A DNA stretch of 20,000 nucleotides from Catajapyx aquilonaris (lineage: Eukaryota): contig JYFJ02001380.1 in assembly GCA_000934665.2 (NCBI GenBank), positions 61,957-81,956 on the forward strand, read 5' to 3'. Of the stretch, positions 1 through 8,369 are shown piece by piece. How positions within the stretch are numbered: position 1 is the first letter of the stretch; each line of letters opens with the position of its first letter. The notes beneath the pieces were generated by a model. That model searched no databases and was not told where the DNA came from. It worked only from the letters and a program-made list of their open reading frames with translations. Both the position numbers and the translations under genes were made by a program.

Positions 1-1195
1 GATCATACATTTTGCCTAATTATTCCCCAATTGTTTAAAAATGCACTCAATTCACACATGTGAATCTGCTGTCATATTTATTAGTGAAACATTTGGTATT
101 CACTTAGTTGCGTACTAAATTCGTGGGTTTATGCGTGTATCATGTCGCATGGATATCGAGAAAACGTGCTGCTCTGACAGGTACAATGAGGTAATGCTCA
201 ATATGCGGGTTATGTACTTTAATAGGCAAGACGCCATATATGACTGCATGTGCGCAATACTGTCACGAATAGATTCGGCAGTCCACACCTTGAACTTGCC
301 TTGAACTATCTCATCAGATTGGGATACACTTTGTGGCACTCTCAGACTATCCCGTAAGGAAATCTGGGAGACGTCCTTCTATGACAATAAGTACAGTGAT
401 GTATGGCTCAATAATGTTATGTCACTCACGAGTCCCTATGGACTTAATAATAATTATATTCACCTTCTAGTTAAGTAATGTGACAAGTAGGACACCTCTC
501 TTGAGGCCAAAGTTGTTTGATAATAATGATTTCGACTATATTTTAAGGTTCACTGTCAGCTTTTTCCTTTAACGAAAAGCACGAGTGATAGTAGTGAATG
601 TCGTCAATCCAAGGTTGACAGGAAGAGCAGAATGAATAATGCCAGCCTTTGTCGTTTTTAGTGTTACACGCATTTGTTACAGTCTCCGGGTCATAATTTC
701 AAAAATCTCCCACTTTTACACCATTTTATGAAGTCTCGTTAGTTCATAGCTTATAGTAGACCTTCTGACACCAAATAAATAAATAGTAATCGTCTATCCA
801 CCTTGGGTCATGTATGTACAATTTTAGTCGGCATGAAATAATGTCACTCACCTTTCACACGCAGATCTTCAATAATTCAGTACAATTTCAATCATTAAAA
901 ACGACTGTGCGCAAAAGCTCAGTAATATATGGTTCATTGAGGAAATGGAAAATAACTGGTGACTATAGGAGTATATGGCTGTATCGTTTCCCACACAACT
1001 TTATACAAATGGGAATCCGCCCTATACATGAAATGATTTGGTGTTGACATTTTTTGGTTCCTGTCAGTGTCCTACATTCTTCCGGAAAAGAAATTGGATC
1101 TATTGTTTCGAAAACCACATAAGTCCAGAGGAGCGTACCATATTGATTTTACTCTTTTTTGCCACAAATACAGGGCCATTACAGGTCGGCAGATT

Positions 1196-1410
1196 GGCAC
1201 ACATTATCGATACAATCCTCCTGGAGTTGAATGCACAAGGGTCATGGGTGTGGCAACCTCTCTAGGCTCTCCAGAGCCACGCACCCACTCCCGGTCAACT
1301 GCTCGCAGTTGTCCTCCAAAAGGTGGTTCCTGGAGGGCCTAGAGAGGTTGCCACACCCATGAACCCGGTGTATTCAACACCAGGTGCATTATGTCAATAA
1401 TGTGTCCACA
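1196..1410. mobile_element. Small MITE/foldback element upstream of copy A
   Basis: Imperfect inverted arms: cctggagttgaatgcac...catgggtgtggcaacctctctaggc (1220-1280) pairs with 1323-1384, and weaker pairing extends to about 1196 and 1410. Confidence 0.75.
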
Positions 1411-1563
1411 TGGCGAAATCCTATCAAATATTCTTGACGAGTCGTGATGTAGCAATGACAGCTTCATGGAAATACTCTCACGAACCAAGTGGGCAGTCCA
1501 CACCTTCAGTTGTCTTATATTGGGACACATTTTGTGGCACTCCCAGTCCATGAAGCTACAAAC

Positions 1564-3477
1564 ATGTGCTGGCAAGATGTATTCATTTTCCCCTTACTTT
1601 TGTGGACAGTTTTTGCCGAAATGACAGTGACTACAAAATGTCAGGATGAAACTGAAGAGGCCCTTTTGGCAAAAGTGGTGTCCAGGATGAGGAAGGAGAA
1701 CACTCGACTGGTCAACTGCACCTTGGCCATCCTGCACGATGGACGAGTACTGGACAATGGTCTGGAGAAACTAATCACTAGTGTGGACGTCCCAGTGGTG
1801 GTTGCTTCACTGGAGGAGAATCCGAAGAGTGTGAACGAGAGTGAATTGGTGATCCAGCAATCGGGGCAGTGCTTCTTGATTCTAGTCCACTCCAAATTTA
1901 ATTTGCTTGATCTGTTACTCGGTAAATTTTCTAATGGCCTGAGATATTGGAAAATCACTCGTGACTTGATTGTGTTCCACGTACGTGATGGGAATCTTCA
2001 TGAAACATTAGGATGGGAATCTGCAATATACAAGTACAGAGTGGGTGTGGACAATCTGAAGATTGTAAATGGCAATCTAACATTTAGGTTGATGTCCGCA
2101 TGCTACTTCTGCCAGGAAGGAAAATACTCTGTCGAAGTACTGTCTACAGAGAAGCCATTTGAAGACTTACACCAGGACATCATAGTGGACTTTCACATGA
2201 GAGCCATTCACGTGGCTTATCCATTTTATTTTTTAAACCCTTACTTGGAACAATACCTGCATTACATAACTGTAATGCACGAGACCAGTCAGACGGACAT
2301 CTACACGCACTATCATGAAATCAATATATTGACATTAGAGAACTCACTCACGTTCACCCACCCTTATCGAATGGACAGGATGTTAATTCTCACCAAAAAA
2401 TATCCTCCAACCATGACTTCGTCTGTGCTTCTCTTTCCCTTCACCTGGCAGGTGACACTGCCCTTTGTCACTCTGATATTGCTAATCACTACAGTGTTTT
2501 GGTATGTCTTGAACCAAGGCCAAAACACTTCCAAGTATCACATCAGTTTTGTCACCATCCTTGCTCTGAAGGTGTCACCGCCTCTTTGGAGCCAGCCAAT
2601 TAAAATGAAAGCCTTGGGACCTACTGCGACCTGGATATTCTGCATGCATTCCCTCTTCTGTGTCCTGATGTCCAACTTCTTCACTTCAGACATGATCGGA
2701 CTGCTTATGGAAAGGTCTGTTAAAAATGTGGATTCCCTGAAGGATCTTGTGGACATGAACTACAAGTGGGTGGCCAGCAGAGAGGACAAGGTTTACTTTG
2801 ATTCTTTTGGGGACGTGACTGAGATTGAAGTGGAAAAAGTGATCGTCAGTGGGATCGAATACTCCACTATGGAGAACTATCTGCACTTCTTGGATGAATG
2901 CATTCGGAGACTAACGATGGAAAAGTTTGCTTGCTTCGTAACAGAAAACATCTGGAACATAATAAGCTTGGCACAATATCATCATGCAGCGGATGAATTT
3001 CATCTGGATCAGATTCACGCGGTACAAAGCGAACTACCACTCATGATGATGGGAATAGTCACTAAGTCAAAGTACTCGGTTATATATGAATCTCTGCAGC
3101 GAGGTGTGATGCGATACATTGACTGCGGATTCCTTCATTACTACACGTACGTCATAATCCAACAATGTAAATATATGATACTGATGATGTCGTCCAAAGA
3201 TCGAAAAATTTCATCCGACGGAAGTAATTTAAAAGGCCTCGAACTGCTCCAATTGAAGTCACCTTTTGTCGCCCTGTGTGCTGCACTATGTCTGTCTTTG
3301 GCTTGCTTCCTCTGCGAAACTACAAATGTGATGAGTATTCCTGCATTTCTTGCTAATCGGTGCAATCCTGTTAATCGCCATGTTATCCGCAAATCACCAG
3401 GAAATGTAGGCTTGTACCGATCAGATGTACAGGGAACAGCAAAAAATCCCGAAACAAACCTAGTATTTACATTGTGA
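1564..3477 (+). CDS. Divergent ionotropic receptor (variant iGluR), copy A, single coding exon, 637 aa
   Basis: Uninterrupted ORF. The ATG at 1564 (not the GTG at 1489) starts a signal-peptide-like stretch MCWQDVFIFPLLLWTVFA. It has the S1 end FTHPY, LFPFTWQV plus TM1, a pore region, an M3-like FFTSDMIGLL, the S2 start VDSLKDLV, YIDCGFL, and LELLQLKSPF plus a last TM ending in CE, the usual IR order. Confidence 0.88.
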   Translation: MCWQDVFIFPLLLWTVFAEMTVTTKCQDETEEALLAKVVSRMRKENTRLVNCTLAILHDGRVLDNGLEKLITSVDVPVVVASLEENPKSVNESELVIQQSGQCFLILVHSKFNLLDLLLGKFSNGLRYWKITRDLIVFHVRDGNLHETLGWESAIYKYRVGVDNLKIVNGNLTFRLMSACYFCQEGKYSVEVLSTEKPFEDLHQDIIVDFHMRAIHVAYPFYFLNPYLEQYLHYITVMHETSQTDIYTHYHEINILTLENSLTFTHPYRMDRMLILTKKYPPTMTSSVLLFPFTWQVTLPFVTLILLITTVFWYVLNQGQNTSKYHISFVTILALKVSPPLWSQPIKMKALGPTATWIFCMHSLFCVLMSNFFTSDMIGLLMERSVKNVDSLKDLVDMNYKWVASREDKVYFDSFGDVTEIEVEKVIVSGIEYSTMENYLHFLDECIRRLTMEKFACFVTENIWNIISLAQYHHAADEFHLDQIHAVQSELPLMMMGIVTKSKYSVIYESLQRGVMRYIDCGFLHYYTYVIIQQCKYMILMMSSKDRKISSDGSNLKGLELLQLKSPFVALCAALCLSLACFLCETTNVMSIPAFLANRCNPVNRHVIRKSPGNVGLYRSDVQGTAKNPETNLVFTL

Positions 3478-4096
3478 TGATTCATTGAAAAAATGTAAAA
3501 TATAACTGATGATGACTATTTTTTTCTTTCTTTATAAGTTGCAATTGGAATGCGCCCAATACAAGTAATGAACGGAACACTCCCAAATTGATTTACTTCT
3601 CGCGAAGTGTCACAAAGCCGCAAAATATAATTAATATATTTCTCGCAAAGGACGACGATTTCAGCAAATTCGCCTGGCACTGTTCTCAAGGTTTTTCTAA
3701 AGGTTCTAAAGGTGTTGATAATGATAATGTAACTTGGAAATTGATCAAACTGCTTATTAATGATTTTAAAGGAAACATTAAGAGCATCTGACTTACGAAT
3801 TTCAAACACCACTTTAAACTTCACTTACCTATAAAACTAAACCTCTGCTTTATCACCGAGTCATCATCAATCTTCGTAGTGATATGCAGAACGATACCTT
3901 ATATTAAAGGTATCATACCATATAAAGGGTGTGGTGGAAAAAGTGTGATTTTTCAGAGGAGCGAATTTAAGTTTACACTCTATTCACATATCGTATGGAA
4001 TGTTGGTTTTGATCTAGTCAGTGTAGCCGTTTCATGCACAATATACGTGAACTTGGACTATACCAAACTGCTTGTTATGTCTTTTACATAGTTGGT

Positions 4097-4143
4097 AGGT
4101 GTTAAGGTTAATGGGGTTAATGGGGTTAAGGTTAATGGGGTTT
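4097..4143 (+). repeat. Short G-rich tandem repeat (ggttaa / ggttaatgg units)
   Basis: ggtgttaaggttaatggggttaatggggttaaggttaatggggttt. Confidence 0.7.
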
Positions 4144-4680
4144 ATCACATTTTCCACCACACCAATCCAAGGATATAGGATGGAAAAGAATTCGCACTTC
4201 CCGGCGTCGCGGAGACCTCGGACTTACAGAGTTGGATTCCTTGCCACAGATTTAGTGGTGCCAAAAATCCTCATTATCGCGAATTTCCCAGCCGTTTTGG
4301 ATATAAAAAATGAAGTGTATCCGCAAATACCCCCGGATAGTTGCCCCGCGCGGCCGACAGACATGAGCCACGATTGTCTCCACCACCCACAACCTCCCGC
4401 TTCCCCCGGCCTCTCGAATGCTCCTCCCCTACCCAACGCCGCCTCTACGTCAGCTGTTGCCTTTTTCACGATACGTCAGCGAGGGCGCATTCTGATCCTC
4501 CAAACCTTTCGTGGTGACGTCACGGGTGTCCTGTAAACGGATGCCACATTGCCACCTCGCTCCGCCCAATTTTTGCGTAAAAAGACTTGCTGTGTTCGCG
4601 TCGGAGAGTGTCGGAGGAATAAGTGTGGGGCGACCGGCTGCACTTGCACAGGGCCTCGGAGAGTTACGGAGTCGGAGGAG

Positions 4681-5380
4681 GACCTGCGCGGGACACATTC
4701 ACGTGTACCCCTCTGATTATTATTTAAACCCATACTTGGAACAATACCTGAATTATGTTGCCGTAAAAACGCATGCGTTTTTACGGCAGGCTACACGTCA
4801 GGAGGAGGTGTATTCTCTTTTCCAACGAGAACCCATATTGAAGGATTGTGCTACTTACTCGTGTACCCACCCTTATGCAATAAGAAGCGTGCTGATGGTT
4901 ACAAAAAAACATCCTCCGACCAAGACATGGGCAGTGCTTCTCTTTCCCTTCACCTGGCAGGTGACACTGCCTTTCGTGACTCTGATATTGGTAGTCACCA
5001 CAGTGTTTTGCCATCTCTCGAAACCAAACCAAATAACTTCGACGAATCACTTCAATTTAGTCACCATCCTTGCCCTGAAGGTGTACCCACCCCTTTTGTG
5101 CAAGTCCATCGAAATGAAAGACTTGAGACCTGCTGCGACCTGGATCTTCTGCATGTATCCCTTCTTCTGTCTCCTGATGTCCAACTACTACACTTCAGAC
5201 ATGATCGGACTGTTCATGAAACTGCCTGTTAGAAACGTGGATTCACTGAGGGATCTTGTGGACATGGGCTACAAATGGGGTGCAGCGCAGAGAAGGCAAC
5301 TTTTATTTCGATTCTTTTGCGGACGTGACCGAGATTGAATTGGAAAAAGTGATCACCAAAAGGATGGAATACTCCGATAA
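4681..5380 (+). pseudogene. IR pseudogene B, first fragment (S1 to start of S2); N-terminal domain missing
   Basis: LNPYLEQYL, THPY, LFPFTWQV, YYTSDM and VDSLRDLVDMGYKW match the intact paralogs. There is no homology upstream of about 4681, a frameshift near 5285-5300, and homology stops after MEYSD. Confidence 0.88.
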
Positions 5381-5386
5381 TACTGT

Positions 5387-6130
5387 ATCCCACTCAAAAA
5401 CGCACTCGTAAAAAAAGCGCCAAGTCTTCCGCCGAAAATAAAAAAAAACCTGTGAGATGGTGTCTGGGTGCCAAGCCTTGTCCACTCCGCCGTACAAAGT
5501 CGTGAGATCGTGGTGGACGCCAAGCCTTTCTTCGAGGCTATAAGCTAAGTGAGATGACTTGGCCGGACTTGGTTCACGGGCACGAGGAACAATACGCGTT
5601 TAGTTCTCTAGAATTTGGTCAAGTTACTGTTCTCCCAATTTTAGCTGTACGACTTTCAAGTCTAATTAACCGCGATTGTAATCATGTGCGGTTCGAAGGC
5701 GACATTTTGTAGTTCCTGTGATACGAATCAGAGGTCCAAGTATATTTATAATATTCTTCTAATGAATCAAGGAACTGTATTTGTAATTTGAAGGTGGAGT
5801 TGTTACGTTACTGCTCCACCATTGACAGTTAAAAGTAAATATTCCATTCGAATGTCACATTTTTGGGTAATGGCTCTACCAATGGGTGTTAAAATTTACT
5901 TTCTATTGTATTAAACCGCGCATCGCATTGTTCCTGGTGCCCGTGAACCAAGTCCGGCCAAGTCATCTCACTTAGCTTATAGCCTCGAAGAAAGGCTTGG
6001 CGTCCACCACGATCTCACGACTTTGTACGGCGGAGTGGACAAGGCTTGGCACCCAGACACCATCTCACAGGTTTTTTATTTTCGGCGGAAGACTTGGCGC
6101 TTTTTTGACGAGTGCGTTTTTGAGTGGGAT
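5387..6130. mobile_element. MITE / non-autonomous DNA transposon with about 205-bp TIRs
   Basis: 5387-5593 (atcccactcaaaaacgcactcg...gaggaacaat) is nearly the exact reverse complement of 5927-6130. The spacer of about 330 bp is AT-rich and non-coding. Confidence 0.9.
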
Positions 6131-6706
6131 CTCACTACTTTTTGATAGGTTGAATCAAGGTTGAATGAAAGAATGACACGAAGAAAGCAACGTCAATTGT
6201 TGGGTGTATATAACAAGAATAACTGCCTCGGAGTATGGCCAATGTCCTTGTCCCGAGGATCTATTGGCCCTGCATTCACCTTCAGTATTGTCCACGACGA
6301 GCCTCTTAAAACGAGTGAATTGGAAACTGCAAAGGTCCGGCCTGAATTTAAGTCTTAGTCTGTTATATTCCGTTAACTGGCTTTATCGTTAGATTTAACT
6401 TGAGTGGGATCAAAGGTGGTTAGAAGAATTCAATTCAATTTTTTGACTTGAGACAAGGCCACATACGCTTCACCACAACAGAAAAGTGACGAGCTAATGC
6501 CCGTAATGTCTAAGCTCAAACCCTGGCTCGTGATGCCGTAAGCTATTGTTCAGGGGAACTGTTTCCTATGGATGAATGCGTCTGCCATAATTTGAAATTT
6601 GCTATTGATCGGTTTTAACCAGTATTAACTCTTGACCAAATGGAAATTCAATTCTTACGGATTTAACTTTTTGTGGCTAATCGGGGTGGTATGTAACACT
6701 GAGTAG

Positions 6707-6917
6707 CAGTCGGCTAAAGGAGTAAGTTGCCAGACCCCTATTTTGAAATTAGCCTCCAACAGAGGTGCTGCCTAAGGGAGTGAGATTTATTGTATCTTTG
6801 GGAAGCAGCACCTCTGTTCTTCCCAAAGATACAATAAATCTCACTCCCCTAGGCAGCACCTCCGTTGGAGGCTAATTTCAAAATAGGGGTCTGGCAACTT
6901 ACTCCTTTAGCCGACTG
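6707..6917. mobile_element. Palindromic MITE with CAGT...ACTG ends (Tc1/mariner-like termini)
   Basis: 99-bp arms 6707-6805 and 6819-6917 with two mismatches seen and a 13-nt loop. TA follows the right end, and the left flank reads TAG. Confidence 0.85.
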
Positions 6918-7552
6918 TACAGACCCAACTGCACCGTTAACCAAGCCAACTGGAACAGAGAGCGAGAGAAAGACAAGACTAGCCTCTAGAATTCTCTTTG
7001 CAGAAATGTCAATACATTGGTACTATGGAGACCATATGTCATGTATTGGCATTGTTGCATTTTTTTTTGAATTTTTTTCGTGTTTGAATGGCTGCAGTCT
7101 GGACCCAAGATGGGCGACTTACGGTTTTAGACTTTTCCTGGGGGTTTCAGATGAGGGCCAATTTTTGTAAAAAATTTGGGATCTGTACGATAACTGGAAC
7201 TGGCCAATCTTTTTGATTCTCGCCATCCCTATATTATATGAATCAGACAAAAAAGGCCAATTTGGGCCCTCTCCTAGCGTGGACCCAGTCCCAGTGGTCC
7301 AAATTTCACGACGATTTATTTGTAGGGTCCCTGGGTGTGCCCCATTGCCGCATTAAAATTTGAGCCATGCAGCATTTCCCTGTGCCGAACTAGAAAATGC
7401 CGAAATGTAGAGAGCGAGTGATATGAGCTCGAGTAAAGGATGCACGGCAGCGCGAGACGTAAGAGTAAAGGAGGTAAGGGGCTAATGGTCTGGGTCAGTG
7501 GCGGTGGAAGTGGCTTAGACTTGGCGGGATGCACTGCCGTGCATCTTGATAT

Positions 7553-8011
7553 TATTCATCCTTCTTAGAATAATGCATTCGGAGAGCAATGATGGAGAGG
7601 TTTGCTTGCTTCGTACCAGAATACTCCTGGAACTTGGTGATCCTGGCACAATACCATTCTGCAGCTGATGAACCCCATATTAGTCATATTCGAGCTGTGA
7701 GCCCTGAACTACCACTCGTAATGGTGGGAATAGTCACTAAGGCAAAGTACTCGGTTATTTACGAATCTCTCCAACGAGGTGTGATGAGATACATTGACTG
7801 CGGAATACTTCATTACGACACGTACGTCAAGATCCAAAAAATCAAACATTCTCTGCTGGTGATGTCGTCCAATGAACGAAAATTACATCAGATGGAAATA
7901 ATTTAAAAGGACTCCACCTGATCCAATAGAAATCACAATTTCTCGCCCTATGGGTTGAACTATGTGTGTCATTGGCTTGCCTATATTGTGCGAAATTGCA
8001 AAAGTGAAGTG
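7553..8011 (+). pseudogene. IR pseudogene B, second fragment (S2 to last TM)
   Basis: Resumes YSSFLE*CIRRAMMERFACF with an in-frame TAA at 7571-7573. There is a 1-nt deletion near 7880, a TAG near 7927, and the fragment ends before the C-terminal tail. Confidence 0.88.
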
Positions 8012-8013
8012 CC

Positions 8014-8369
8014 GCTCAATGGTTCTATTGAACAAATCAATCATACATTATTTTCTCTTAAGCTCTTGGCTTGTAAAGTCAATACTATTCTCCTGTTGAA
8101 CAAATAGTAATCTACTTTCCACCTTGGGTGGGACTACACGTGTGCACAGTTTTAATCGGCATGAAATCATTGCCTTTCACACACACTATGAATAATGTAA
8201 GGCCCGATGCATCAATCATGTTTCTATTATTAATAACCAAAATGCGCAAAACCTCTGTGTGTTACAACAATCCAATTCAGACAGCACTTTAGCAAGAGTG
8301 AGACCTCCTTCACTTTATGGTTTTGAAGAACGTTTATGATAAAAGTGTTTCTGGACATACGACACAAAA
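8014..8369 (+). promoter_or_regulatory. Conserved upstream region of copy C (paralog of 16495-16849; degenerate copy at about 772-922)
   Basis: Co-linear similarity up to an identical gataaaagtgtttctggacatacgacacaaaaATG. A regulatory role is inferred from position only. Confidence 0.55.

Noticed and set aside
1489..1563. GTG-initiated N-terminal extension of copy A
   Set aside because: The context is eukaryotic, and the ATG at 1564 gives a signal peptide that aligns with the paralog starts.
1038..1575. Two opposite ORFs both ending GSWVWQPL
   Set aside because: This is an artefact of the inverted repeat at 1220-1384.
1641..1958. Recurring antisense ORFs (also 8396-8680, 9938-10192, 18424-18765 and others)
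   Set aside because: They are shadows of the conserved sense-strand genes, with inconsistent starts and stops.
4099..4536. 145-aa ORF and the N-terminal part of ORF 4511-5338
   Set aside because: They start in a simple repeat or GC-rich foreign DNA and have no recognisable domain.
5385..7568. Possible GT-AG intron (gtatcc...cttcttag) repairing pseudogene B
   Set aside because: Splicing gives the wrong frame, the correct frame has a TAA at 7571, other frameshifts remain, and the paralogs are intronless.
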